Shown in pieces: positions 42,144-52,185 of a stretch of DNA of 64,000 nt; within the stretch, counting starts at the first letter, position 1; every line of letters starts with the position of its first letter. Source of the stretch: Propionibacteriaceae bacterium (GTDB lineage Bacteria; Actinomycetota; Actinomycetes; Propionibacteriales; Propionibacteriaceae). The notes below the pieces were generated by a model. That model worked only from the letters and a program-made list of their open reading frames with translations, had not been told where the DNA came from and searched no databases. The position numbers and the translations under genes are program-made. The stretch spans positions 53,243 through 117,242 of the forward strand of contig JAUNKV010000004.1 of NCBI GenBank assembly GCA_030532575.1, in the 5' to 3' direction.

Positions 42144-43420
42144 TCCGGCATTCGCTGCCCACCGCCGCGGGGCCGGTGGTGGGTACCTGCGCTGTCCCCG
42201 GCTCCAAGTCCGAGACCAACCGCGCCCTGGTGTTGGCTGCTCTGGCCGACGGCCCCGCCACCATCTCCGGAGCCCTGACGTCCCGGGACAGTGATCTCAT
42301 GATCGCTGCCCTGCGCAGCCTCGGTGTGGCCATCGATTCCCCCGCCCCGGGAGTGCTGCGTCTGGTTCCCCCGCCCCGGTTCTCCTCCCCTGCCCAGAGC
42401 ATCGACTGTGGACTGGCCGGGACCGTGATGCGCTTCGTCCCGCCAATGGCTGCCCTGGCGGACGGCCCGGTGGCCTTCCACGGCGACCCACACGCCTCGA
42501 AACGCCCGATGGCAGGGCTGCTCGACGGCCTGCGACAGCTCGGCGTGACGGTCTTTGGCGACGCCTTGCCGCTGACCGTCACCCCTGGCCCCGATGGCCC
42601 GACCTGTCACCCGGGTGAGGTGGTGATCGACGCCTCGGCCTCAAGCCAGTTCATCTCCGGCTTGCTCCTCATCGGAGCCCGAGTGCCCGGGGGCCTGCGC
42701 CTTCGTCACCGAGGCAGTTCTGTGCCCTCGCGTCCCCACATCGAGATGACCGTCTCGATGCTGCAGGAGCGCGGAGTCGAGATCACGAGTCCGGACGATT
42801 CCTCCTGGCACGTGACCGAGGGAAGCATCGCCGCCCGTGACGTGACCATCGAACCGGATCTGACCAATGCCGCGGCCTTCCTCGCGGCCGCGGCGGTCAG
42901 CGGGGGGCAGGTCACCGTGCCGGGGTGGCCTGCCCGTTCGCTCCAGCCGGGGGCGATGTTCCTGGACGTGGCTGGGCGGATGGGTTGCGAGGTCGCCGTC
43001 GCCGATGGCGCAGCCCGGCTGGTCGGCCCCGAGCGGCTGCGTGCCGCCCAGATCGATCTGCACGAGGCCTCCGAGCTCACCCCGGTCGTGGCAGCCCTCG
43101 CCGCCGTCGCGGAGGGCACCACGCGGATCAGCGGGGTGGCCCACATCCGTGGCCACGAGACGGACCGGCTACGAGCCCTGGCGGCGGAGTTGACGAAGCT
43201 GGGGGTGACGGTCGCCGAGCTGCCGGATGGGCTGGAGATCACCGGTGGCCTGCCCACGGGAGCTGCGGTCGAGCTCTGCACCCATGCCGACCACCGGTTG
43301 GCCCACTTCGCCGCGATCCTGGCCTTGGCCCGCCCGCAGATCGCGGTGGATGACATCGGCTGCGTCTCCAAGACCATGCCGGACTTCCTCGACCGCTGGA
43401 CCGCCCTGGTGGGGTCCTGA
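42068..43420 (+). CDS. aroA: 3-phosphoshikimate 1-carboxyvinyltransferase (EPSP synthase)
   Basis: 'VPGSKSETNRALVLAALA' and 'LFLGNAGTAMR'-type motifs. Start is uncertain: GTG at 42068 overlaps DoxX by 76 nt, and no canonical start lies next to the conserved N-terminus. GTG at 42176 is the alternative. Confidence 0.8.
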   Translation: MAPQACRTQGRQGQRPGQEAGDVVLIRHSLPTAAGPVVGTCAVPGSKSETNRALVLAALADGPATISGALTSRDSDLMIAALRSLGVAIDSPAPGVLRLVPPPRFSSPAQSIDCGLAGTVMRFVPPMAALADGPVAFHGDPHASKRPMAGLLDGLRQLGVTVFGDALPLTVTPGPDGPTCHPGEVVIDASASSQFISGLLLIGARVPGGLRLRHRGSSVPSRPHIEMTVSMLQERGVEITSPDDSSWHVTEGSIAARDVTIEPDLTNAAAFLAAAAVSGGQVTVPGWPARSLQPGAMFLDVAGRMGCEVAVADGAARLVGPERLRAAQIDLHEASELTPVVAALAAVAEGTTRISGVAHIRGHETDRLRALAAELTKLGVTVAELPDGLEITGGLPTGAAVELCTHADHRLAHFAAILALARPQIAVDDIGCVSKTMPDFLDRWTALVGS

Positions 43421-44391
43421 TGGCTCGTTGGGATGACGAGCACGCTGCCTTCGAGCGTCCTCGGCGTCGTAGTCGGCCCCGCACCAAGGACCGCCCCGAC
43501 TACTCGCAGGCCCCCGTGGCGATGGTGGCCTCCATCGACCGGGGGCGCTACCGCTGTCTCCTGCCCGACGGTCATGCCGTCAGTGCCACCAAGGCCAGGA
43601 TTCTGGGCCGCAAGGGGGTGATCGTCGGCGACCGGGTCCGGCTCGACGGCGATGTCTCCGGGGCCGCGGGCACCCTGGCCCGCATCGTCGAGGTGGAGGA
43701 GCGTTCCTCCATGCTGCGCCGCTCCGCCGATGACGCCGACACCTTCGAGCGCCCCATCGTCGCCAATGCCGACCAACTCATGATCGTCACCGCCCTGGCC
43801 GATCCCGAACCCCGGATGGGGATGATCGACCGCATCCTGGTCGCCGCATACGACGCAGGGGTTGCCCCGGTGCTGTGCCTGACGAAGGCGGACCTCGCCT
43901 CCCCCGAGACACTGCGAGCCGCCTACGAGCCGCTCAGGGTACCCATCGTGGTGACCAGCCCCGGGGCGGATCTGGACCCGGTGCGTGAGCAGCTGCGAGA
44001 CCTCACGACGGTGCTCATCGGACACTCCGGGGTGGGCAAGTCCACCCTGGTCAATGCCTTGGTTCCGGGGACCGGGCGCGCCACGGGGGAGGTCTCCCAG
44101 GTCACCGGCAAGGGGCGTCACACCTCCACATCTGCGGCCGCCATCGCCCTGCCGGGAGGCGGCTGGATCATTGACACGCCCGGGGTGCGTTCATTTGGCA
44201 TCAGCCATGTTCATCCTGAGTCCTTCGTGGCGGCCTTCTTGGACCTGGCGGAATTCGTCGAGGACTGTCCGAGAGGCTGCCGCCACGACTCGAAAGCCCC
44301 TGAATGTGGGCTTGACGAGGCACTGCGTCAGGGATTGCTCGACGGGGAGAGGCTCGCCTCGTTCCGCAGAATGGAACGGGCCTTCGTGTGA
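43420..44391 (+). CDS. rsgA: Ribosome small-subunit-dependent GTPase A
   Basis: Circularly permuted GTPase with 'GHSGVGKSTLVNAL' and a C-terminal zinc knuckle. TGATG overlap with aroA. Confidence 0.9.
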   Translation: MARWDDEHAAFERPRRRSRPRTKDRPDYSQAPVAMVASIDRGRYRCLLPDGHAVSATKARILGRKGVIVGDRVRLDGDVSGAAGTLARIVEVEERSSMLRRSADDADTFERPIVANADQLMIVTALADPEPRMGMIDRILVAAYDAGVAPVLCLTKADLASPETLRAAYEPLRVPIVVTSPGADLDPVREQLRDLTTVLIGHSGVGKSTLVNALVPGTGRATGEVSQVTGKGRHTSTSAAAIALPGGGWIIDTPGVRSFGISHVHPESFVAAFLDLAEFVEDCPRGCRHDSKAPECGLDEALRQGLLDGERLASFRRMERAFV

Positions 44392-44414
44392 TCGCCCGCT
44401 CACTGGGCTAGGTT

Positions 44415-45212
44415 ATGGTCATGGCCTCCAGCAAATCCTTCACCGATGACATCCGCCTGGCCCATGTCATGGCCGACGACGCCGACTCGATCTCCATGGC
44501 CCGGTTCAAGGCGCAGGACCTCGATGTGCGAACCAAGCCGGATCGGACCCCCGTGACCGAGACCGACACCTCTGTCGAGGAGGCGATCCGCCGAACCCTG
44601 TCACGAACCCGCCCCAGGGATGCCGTCCACGGCGAGGAGATGCAGGACTCCGGCAGCTCCCCCAGGCGCTGGATCATCGACCCCATCGACGGCACCGCGA
44701 ACTACCTGCGCGGGGTGCCGGTGTGGGCCACCCTCATCGCCCTTGAGGTGGAGGGCGAGATCGTGGCCTCGGTGGTCTCCGCCCCCGCGCTGGGGCGTCG
44801 CTGGTGGGCGACGAAGGACGGCGGAGCCTTCACCGGCCGCTCCATCCTCAACCCCACCGAGATCCGCGTCAGCAAGGTGGCCAAGGTCGAGGATGCCTCC
44901 CTGTCCTACGCCAGCATCGAGGGTTGGATCGAGTCTGGACGAGGCCAGGGCTTCGTCGATCTCATGCGGGACGTGTGGCGTTCCCGCGCCTACGGCGACT
45001 TCTGGAGCTACATGCTGCTGGCCGAGGGGGCCGTGGACATCGCCTGCGAACCGGAACTGCAGCTCTACGACATGGCGGCCCTCGACATCATCGTGCGCGA
45101 GGCGGGGGGCCGGTTCACCAGCGTCGACGGCAAACCCGGCCCCTACCACGGCAATGCACTGGCCACCAACGGCCTGCTCCACGACGCCGTGATGGAGCGG
45201 CTCAGCCTCTGA
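44415..45212 (+). CDS. hisN: Inositol monophosphatase-family histidinol-phosphatase
   Basis: 'WIIDPIDGTANYLRG' and 'WDxAA'-type IMPase motifs. Confidence 0.75.
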   Translation: MVMASSKSFTDDIRLAHVMADDADSISMARFKAQDLDVRTKPDRTPVTETDTSVEEAIRRTLSRTRPRDAVHGEEMQDSGSSPRRWIIDPIDGTANYLRGVPVWATLIALEVEGEIVASVVSAPALGRRWWATKDGGAFTGRSILNPTEIRVSKVAKVEDASLSYASIEGWIESGRGQGFVDLMRDVWRSRAYGDFWSYMLLAEGAVDIACEPELQLYDMAALDIIVREAGGRFTSVDGKPGPYHGNALATNGLLHDAVMERLSL

Positions 45213-45228
45213 CCCCGAGGACAGCCGT

Positions 45229-46443
45229 TCAGATCACGCGTACGCGGAGGGTCTCCTCGAGGGACTGGAGTTCTTGGAGGAGACCCTCGAAGTGTTCCCC
45301 GGTGACATCGGTGACGGCGTAGCCGTACTCCCCCAGCGTGGCCAGGGTCTGGGAGCCGATGTTCATGTTGTGGCGGGCCAGCACCTGGTTGAGACGAGCC
45401 ATCACGCCGGGCACGTTGTGGTGCAGGTGCAGGATCCGTTCGCTGCGCGGGGCGGTCACCGAGACCTCCGGCAGGTTCACACACATTGAGGTGTTTCCGA
45501 ACTCCTCGTAGTCGGCGAGCTTGCCCGCCACGTAGCGACCGATGTCGACCTGTGCCTCCTGGGTGGAGCCGCCGACGTGCGGGGTGAGCAGGACGTTCGG
45601 GATGCCCTGCAGTGGGGAGACGAAGGGCTCGTCCTTGCTCTTCGGTTCGCTGGGGAACACGTCCACCGCAGCCCCTGCGATGTGGCCGGAGCGCAGCACC
45701 TCGGCCAGGGCGTCGATGTCGACGACGTTGCCCCGGCACAGGTTGAGGAACAGCGTCCTCGGGCGCATCTGGGCGAACTCCTTGGCCCCGATGAGATTCT
45801 TGTTGGCGGCGCGTCCATCGACGTGGAGGGAGATCGTCTCGCAGGTGGCGAACAGTTCCTCCATCGAGTCCACCCGGGTGGCGTTGCCGAGTGCCAGGCG
45901 ATCCACCAGGTCGTAGAAGTAGACTCGCATCCCCAGGGCCTCGGCCAGCACCGAGAGCTGGGAGCCGATGTTGCCGTAACCGATGATGCCCAGGGTGCGG
46001 CCACGCACCTCGTGGGAGCCGACTGCGGTCTTGTCCCACACCCCGGCGTGCATCCCTGCGCTGCGGTCGCCGAGGCGACGCGCCATCGCGATGATCTCGC
46101 CGAGCGCAAGCTCCACGACTGAGCGGGTGTTGGAGTAGGGGGCGTTGAACACCGGAATTCCGGCTGCGGCTGCTGCGGGCAGATCCACCTGGTTGGTGCC
46201 GATGCAGAACGCTCCGACAGCTGCCAGCCCCGGGTGCGCCTCGAAGACGGCCGGGGTGAGATGGGTGCGGGATCGGATGCCGAGGAACTGCACCCCGTCG
46301 AGGGCTGCTATCAGTTCCTGTTCACCCAGCGCATTGGGGAGCAGTTCGACCTCGTGTCCCCGGGCAGACAGCACACGGACGGCTTCAGGATGGATGTTCT
46401 CGAGCAGCAGGGCCTTCACCTGCGGCATGTTACCCGGATTCAC
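45229..46443 (-). CDS. serA: D-3-phosphoglycerate dehydrogenase (short form with ACT domain)
   Basis: 'GIIGYGNIGSQLS' NAD-binding site and a catalytic His/Glu region with a C-terminal ACT. ATGA overlap with the upstream ABC ATPase gene. Confidence 0.8.
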   Translation of the reverse strand: MNPGNMPQVKALLLENIHPEAVRVLSARGHEVELLPNALGEQELIAALDGVQFLGIRSRTHLTPAVFEAHPGLAAVGAFCIGTNQVDLPAAAAAGIPVFNAPYSNTRSVVELALGEIIAMARRLGDRSAGMHAGVWDKTAVGSHEVRGRTLGIIGYGNIGSQLSVLAEALGMRVYFYDLVDRLALGNATRVDSMEELFATCETISLHVDGRAANKNLIGAKEFAQMRPRTLFLNLCRGNVVDIDALAEVLRSGHIAGAAVDVFPSEPKSKDEPFVSPLQGIPNVLLTPHVGGSTQEAQVDIGRYVAGKLADYEEFGNTSMCVNLPEVSVTAPRSERILHLHHNVPGVMARLNQVLARHNMNIGSQTLATLGEYGYAVTDVTGEHFEGLLQELQSLEETLRVRVI

Positions 46444-47207
46444 AAGGACAGCGTCGCAGCGACCAGTTCCTGCGTGTACGGGTGCTCCGGATGCTCGAGC
46501 ACCTGCGCCACCGGGCCGGATTCCACCACCTCACCGCGTTGCAGCACCACCATCTTCTGGCACAGGTGCCGGACCACCGCGAGGTCGTGGCTGACGAAGA
46601 GCATGGCCAGCCCTCGAGCCCGCACCGCGTCGTTCAGCAGGTTGAGCACCTGGGCGCGCACGGAGACGTCGAGGGCGGAGACCGGCTCATCAGCAATGAG
46701 GAGGTCGGGTTCGCTGATGAGGGCCCGAGCAATGGCGATACGTTGCCGTTGCCCCCCGGAGAGCTGGTGGGGGTAGCGCTCCAGCATCTCCGCCTCCAGG
46801 CCGACGGCGGTCACCACCTCGGTCACGGAGGCGTCGATGGCGACCCCTGCCCGCCGGGTCCACGGCGAGCGCAGGGGCTCGGCAACGATGTCGCGAAGCC
46901 TCATCCGGGGGTTGAGTGAGGAGTTGGGGTCCTGGTGGATCAGGGAGACCCGCCGCCTCATCTCGGCCAGTTGCCGGTCCGTGCGGTGATCGACGCGCTC
47001 ACCGTCGAAGATCACCTCACCGGCAGTCGGCTGAACCAGGCCGAGGATGGTGCGCAGCAGTGTTGTCTTGCCGGAACCGGAGCCGCCGACGAGCCCCACC
47101 CGCTCCCCTGCCGCCATCCTCAGATCCACCTGCCGCAGTGCCGGGAACGAGCTTCGCCCCCGGTGAAAGGTCACATCCACCCGGTTGAGCTGCACGAGAT
47201 CGGTCAT
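46440..47207 (-). CDS. Peptide/nickel ABC transporter ATP-binding protein (DppF/OppF-like)
   Basis: Walker A 'GGSGSGKT' and 'LSGGQRQR' signature. Confidence 0.85.
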   Translation of the reverse strand: MTDLVQLNRVDVTFHRGRSSFPALRQVDLRMAAGERVGLVGGSGSGKTTLLRTILGLVQPTAGEVIFDGERVDHRTDRQLAEMRRRVSLIHQDPNSSLNPRMRLRDIVAEPLRSPWTRRAGVAIDASVTEVVTAVGLEAEMLERYPHQLSGGQRQRIAIARALISEPDLLIADEPVSALDVSVRAQVLNLLNDAVRARGLAMLFVSHDLAVVRHLCQKMVVLQRGEVVESGPVAQVLEHPEHPYTQELVAATLSL

Positions 47208-48025
47208 GGTCGTCTCCAGTGGTCGGCGACGGTGGGCAGCCGCTGCCCCGGTGGCACGGCCAGGATGCGCGCCGCGGCAACCAGGCCCCGGGTGTAGGCG
47301 TGTTGCGGGGAGTCGATGACCTGCTGGATGGGGCCGGATTCGACGATCTTCCCTTCCAGCATGACGACGACCTCCTGGCAGACCTCCTTGACCACCGCCA
47401 GATCGTGGCTGACGAATAGGGCGGCGCGGCCCGACAGCTGGGTGCCCAGCAGGTCGAGGATCTGGCGCTGCACGATGACGTCGAGCGCGGTGGTCGGTTC
47501 GTCGCAGATCACCAGGTCGGGTTCGTTGGCCAGGGCCATCGCGATGAGGGCCCGCTGCCGCTGACCCCCTGAGAGCTGATGCGGGTAGGAACCCGCGATT
47601 CGTTCCGGCTCATCCAGTCCCACCCGTTGCAGCCATGTCGTGACGACGCCACGGATGCGGCCCCGCTGCTCCGGATGGTGCAGGGCCACCGCCTCCCCCA
47701 CCTGCCTGCCGACCCGCATCGTCGGGTCGAGGGCCGTCATGGGCTCCTGGAAGATCATGGAGACCGTCTCCCCACGCAGAGCCCGCAGTTCCTTCTCGGG
47801 ACGGCCCACGAGTTCCTGACCGGCCAGCCGGATGGAGCCGGTCACCGTCGCGGTCTCCGGCAGCAGCCCCATGATCGCCAGCGCCGTCACGGACTTGCCG
47901 GAGCCGGACTGGCCGATGATCCCGAGCCGCTGCGTGGCCTCGAGGGTGAAGCTGATGCCATCGACTGCCACGCTGCGGCGGCGACCGAAGGTGATGCGCA
48001 GGTTCTCGACCTCGAGCAGGCTCAT
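47204..48025 (-). CDS. Peptide/nickel ABC transporter ATP-binding protein (DppD/OppD-like)
   Basis: Walker A 'GQSGSGKS' and 'LSGGQRQR'. Confidence 0.85.
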   Translation of the reverse strand: MSLLEVENLRITFGRRRSVAVDGISFTLEATQRLGIIGQSGSGKSVTALAIMGLLPETATVTGSIRLAGQELVGRPEKELRALRGETVSMIFQEPMTALDPTMRVGRQVGEAVALHHPEQRGRIRGVVTTWLQRVGLDEPERIAGSYPHQLSGGQRQRALIAMALANEPDLVICDEPTTALDVIVQRQILDLLGTQLSGRAALFVSHDLAVVKEVCQEVVVMLEGKIVESGPIQQVIDSPQHAYTRGLVAAARILAVPPGQRLPTVADHWRRP

Positions 48026-48834
48026 GTCAGCTCCCTCAGCCGGGGGTCCAGGAGATCGCGGAGGCCGTCACCCAGCAGGTTGCAGCCCATCGTGGCCACG
48101 GCTACGGCCACACCGGGCCAGAACGCCACCATCGGGGCGGAGAACAGCTGGTCCTGGGCCTCGCGGAGCATCCGTCCCCAGGTGGGGTCATCGGCGCTGG
48201 AGGCCAGGCCGAGGTAGGACAGCCCGGCCTCGGCGAGGATCGCGATACCGACGCTGACGCTGGCCTGCACCCCCAGCACCGGGGCGATGTTCGGCAGGAC
48301 GTGACGCCACGCGATGTGGCTGCGTGGGATGCCGGACAGGCGGGCCGCTTCCACGTAGGCCTGCCCCATGACCTGCAGCGTCGCGGCCCGCGCGATCCGC
48401 ACGAAGGCGGGGATGCTGGCCAAGGAGATCGCCATGAGTGCGGTCCAGATGGAACCACCCAGCGCCGCGGCGAAGAGGATGGCCAGCAGCAGGGCCGGGA
48501 AGCCGTAGAGGATGTCGGCCCCTCGGGCGATGAGTCTGCCGGACCAGCCCCGGCTCATGCCTGCGATGATCCCGGCAGGAATCCCGATCACGGCGGCCCC
48601 TGCGACGGAGAGCACGCCGATGAGCAGCACCAGACGGGCCCCTGTCATGATGCGACTCACGATGTCGAAGCCACCGCCGTCGGTGCCCAGCCAGTGCTGG
48701 GGTGAGGGCGGTTCGGCCCGCCCACCGGTGATGGCCTGTGGATCGTGCGGGGTCCATCCCAGCCCGATCACGGCGGCCAGGACAACCAGGACGATGAGCA
48801 GGGTGCCGAAGAACAGGTTGGAGCGCCGGATCAT
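48022..48834 (-). CDS. Peptide/nickel ABC transporter permease (DppC-like)
   Basis: Permease EAA-type loop. ATG at 48834 ('MIRRSNLFF') overlaps the upstream permease stop. The 521-aa table ORF extension was rejected. Confidence 0.85.
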   Translation of the reverse strand: MIRRSNLFFGTLLIVLVVLAAVIGLGWTPHDPQAITGGRAEPPSPQHWLGTDGGGFDIVSRIMTGARLVLLIGVLSVAGAAVIGIPAGIIAGMSRGWSGRLIARGADILYGFPALLLAILFAAALGGSIWTALMAISLASIPAFVRIARAATLQVMGQAYVEAARLSGIPRSHIAWRHVLPNIAPVLGVQASVSVGIAILAEAGLSYLGLASSADDPTWGRMLREAQDQLFSAPMVAFWPGVAVAVATMGCNLLGDGLRDLLDPRLRELT

Positions 48835-49790
48835 CGAAGCCCCCGCTGTTCTCGAAGCCGTGGGTCCACCGCGTGGTAGACCGCATCGACGATGAAGTTG
48901 ATGGTGAGCACCGCCCACACCAGGATCAGCACGATGCCCTGGACCAGAACCAGATCGCGCTGCCCGACTGCGCGCAGCAGTCTGGAACCCAGCCCCTGGA
49001 TCGCGAAGACCTGTTCGATGATGATCGCCCCCACCAACAGGGTGGCCACCTGGAGACCGATGACGGTCAGCAGGGAGATGGCCACGTTGCGGGAGCCGTG
49101 GCGCAACAGCGCTCCCCACCTGCTCCAGCCGACGGAGCGGGCGGTGCGGAACCAGTCCTCGGCCGTGACCTCGATCACAGCACTGCGCACGTAACGCGAC
49201 AGCAGGCTGCCCTGCACCAGCCCGAGGGAGAGCGCGGGGAGCACCAGGTGGATTGCCCACTGGGCCGGGTTCTGGCGGAGTGGGACGTAGCCCCCGGCGG
49301 GCAGCCAACGAAGCTGTACCGCGAACACGATGACCAGCCACATCGCAGCCCAGAAGGCTGGAACGGCCAACCCGATCTGGGAGAGCGTGGAGCTGACGAA
49401 GCCGCTGACGTGGCGTCGTCTCAACGCCGCGTGGGTGCCGAGCGGGATCGCCACACACAGCGCCACAACCATGCCGAAGACGATGAGCCATGCCGAGATG
49501 CCGAGTCGGGGCAGGATCTGGGCCATGACGTCCTGGCCTGAGATCATCGAGGTCCCGAAGTTCCCGACAAGAACCCCGCTGATCCACTCCCAGTAGCGGA
49601 TGACCAAGGGGCGGTCGAGCCCCAGTCGGGCCTCCAAGGCTGCGATCTCCTCGGCGGTGGCCTGGGTGCCGAGCAGAATGCTGGCCACACTTCCGGGCAG
49701 AGCGTTGGTGGCGAGGAAGATGAGGATCGACGCCACGATCAGGCTTGCGACCAGACCGACTATTCGCCGGAACACGGCGCGTGGGTTCAT
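48831..49790 (-). CDS. Peptide/nickel ABC transporter permease (DppB-like)
   Basis: Six-TM BPD_transp_1 profile. Confidence 0.85.
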   Translation of the reverse strand: MNPRAVFRRIVGLVASLIVASILIFLATNALPGSVASILLGTQATAEEIAALEARLGLDRPLVIRYWEWISGVLVGNFGTSMISGQDVMAQILPRLGISAWLIVFGMVVALCVAIPLGTHAALRRRHVSGFVSSTLSQIGLAVPAFWAAMWLVIVFAVQLRWLPAGGYVPLRQNPAQWAIHLVLPALSLGLVQGSLLSRYVRSAVIEVTAEDWFRTARSVGWSRWGALLRHGSRNVAISLLTVIGLQVATLLVGAIIIEQVFAIQGLGSRLLRAVGQRDLVLVQGIVLILVWAVLTINFIVDAVYHAVDPRLREQRGLR

Positions 49791-49792
49791 CG

Positions 49793-51316
49793 TCAGCGGC
49801 TGGTCGCCACGTGGGTGAGGTCGAAGGACAGGCCTGTGCTGTTGGCCTCGATCCCGGAGACCTCCGTGGTGGTGATGATGATGTTCGGCAGCAGGAACAA
49901 CCAGTCGGCGGCGGCGTCGTCGGCCAGCAGCTTGGCGGCCTGTCTGAGGGTCGTGGTGTGTTCGTCCTGCGTGGTGGTGGCGTCAGCCTTGGCCATCAGC
50001 TCCGCGAACTCAGGGTTGTCGTAGCCCCAGTAGTAGTCAGTGCGGGCAAATGCCCCGAGGTCCCACGGCTCGACGTGGGCGACGATCGTCATGTCGTAGT
50101 CACGCTGCTTGTAGACCGAATCCAGCCAGGTGGCGAACTCAAGCTCCTCGGTGACCACCTCGATGCCGACCTCACGCAGCTGGGCTGCGACCAGGCGGGC
50201 GCTGGGCGGAGCGTAGGGCAGGTTCGGCACCCGCAACCTGAGCGTGAGCCCCTCCTGCCCGGCCTCAGCCAGCAGGGCCTTGGCCTTCTCGGGGTCGTGA
50301 GGGTAGGTCTTGGACAGGTCCTCGTACCAGCGGTCGGTCGGCGGCACCATCGAACCGATGAGGGTGCCCTTGCCACCCCATGCGCCGTCGATGATGGCCT
50401 GCCGGTCGATGGCGTGGTTGATGGCCTGGCGGACCCTGACGTCCTGCAGGGCCGGGTTGGCATGGTTGAAGCCGAGCACCACCTCACCGTCGGTGGTTCC
50501 CTCAGAGACCTTGAACCTGGAGGTGTCGCTGAACTGGTCCACGGCCTGCGGGACGGTGAGGTTGGAGATGACGTCGAGCTGCCCGGAAAGCATGGCGGTG
50601 ACCATGGCGTTGGCGTCGGCGTAGTACTTGAAGTTCACCTCATCGACGCGCGGCCCGGTGCCCCAGTAGTTCTCATTGCGCTTCAGGGTGACGCTCGCCC
50701 CCACGTCGTGGGCGGAGAAGACGTAGGGGCCGGAGCCCGCCGGAGCGGTGTTGAGGTCACCGTCGGCACCAAGGTCGTAGATGATGCCCGCGGTGGAGGT
50801 CATGTCATAGAGCCACTGCTGGCTGGGGGCGTTCAGGGTGACCTCGACCTGCCGCTCCCCCACCGCGGTCACCTGCTTGATCTTCTCCAGCTGTCCCTTC
50901 AGAACCTTGGTGGTCTTCTCACCGTCGCGGGTGCGCAGCAGGGAGTCCACCACCGCCTGAGCGTTGACGGGACGACCCGAGGCGAAGGTGGCGGAAGGCT
51001 CCAGGTCAAAGGTGTAGACCGTCGCATCAGGACTGACGGTCCAGGTCCTGGCCAGCAGCGGCTTGATCTCGCCCTGGTCGTTGATCCGCACGAGAGTCTC
51101 GTAGACGTTGTACAACAGCACGAACGGGGTCCCGGCTCCCGTGGTGGTGGCCGGGTCAAGTCCTGTGGGCTCGGCGGTCGCCCCGACGTTGAGGACCACC
51201 GGCTGACTGCCCCCGGTCCCCGTCGTCGGCCCGGTGCAGGCACTCAGCAGGAGGCTCACGCCCAGCAGGGCACCTACCAGGGCGACGAGGCGCCGCAGGC
51301 CGTGGTTGAAGCTCAT
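49793..51316 (-). CDS. ABC transporter substrate-binding lipoprotein, family 5 (peptide/nickel)
   Basis: Lipobox 'LLSAC' and SBP_bac_5 size and profile. Confidence 0.85.
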   Translation of the reverse strand: MSFNHGLRRLVALVGALLGVSLLLSACTGPTTGTGGSQPVVLNVGATAEPTGLDPATTTGAGTPFVLLYNVYETLVRINDQGEIKPLLARTWTVSPDATVYTFDLEPSATFASGRPVNAQAVVDSLLRTRDGEKTTKVLKGQLEKIKQVTAVGERQVEVTLNAPSQQWLYDMTSTAGIIYDLGADGDLNTAPAGSGPYVFSAHDVGASVTLKRNENYWGTGPRVDEVNFKYYADANAMVTAMLSGQLDVISNLTVPQAVDQFSDTSRFKVSEGTTDGEVVLGFNHANPALQDVRVRQAINHAIDRQAIIDGAWGGKGTLIGSMVPPTDRWYEDLSKTYPHDPEKAKALLAEAGQEGLTLRLRVPNLPYAPPSARLVAAQLREVGIEVVTEELEFATWLDSVYKQRDYDMTIVAHVEPWDLGAFARTDYYWGYDNPEFAELMAKADATTTQDEHTTTLRQAAKLLADDAAADWLFLLPNIIITTTEVSGIEANSTGLSFDLTHVATSR

Positions 51317-51413
51317 GCGATATCTCCCGAATCGGTGACAGGACCCGCACGATCCTACCCCTCGTCCACAAATTTGGCGTCCAAGCCGGGAGCGTGTATT
51401 GTTGGTCGAGCGA

Positions 51414-51791
<378 letters not shown>

Positions 51792-51906
51792 GATGCAATC
51801 TTAGGCACTTAAGGGCACCTGATGCAAGATGATGTCACCTAAGGCCACCCACGCAACCTAGGGACATCCTTGACGACAAGGTGACGCTAGGCGTAAGTTT
51901 GACGCC

Positions 51907-52185
51907 GTGGACTTGCAAGACACGTCACTTCCATTACCTAACCGGCCCTTCTGGTCACCTGCCGAAGTTGCCGAGCTTCTCCCCGACACGGAGAAGCGCA
52001 CGGTCGCGCGGTGGTGCAAGGAGGGAAGAGTCCCCGGGGCGAAACGTGCCGTGAACGGACGTTGGCTCATTCCGGCCACCTGGGTTCATGAGCTGCTGGC
52101 CAGCGAGAGCGCGGAGCCTTCCGACCCAGCGGCTGCCGAGTCGCCTCCCCCAGATGATCCGCTGCCTGGGTTGGAGGAGCCGTGA
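51907..52185 (+). CDS. xis: Excisionase-family DNA-binding protein (MerR-like HTH, Xis)
   Basis: 'WSPAEVAELL...RTVARWCKEGRVPGAKRAVNGRWLIP' matches the excisionase-family HTH pattern. Confidence 0.55.
   Translation: MDLQDTSLPLPNRPFWSPAEVAELLPDTEKRTVARWCKEGRVPGAKRAVNGRWLIPATWVHELLASESAEPSDPAAAESPPPDDPLPGLEEP

Noticed and set aside
48835-49587. Upstream 250-aa extension of the DppC-like permease ORF
   Set aside because: It overlaps the DppB-like permease gene in another frame. The ATG at 48834 gives a typical permease coupled to the upstream stop.
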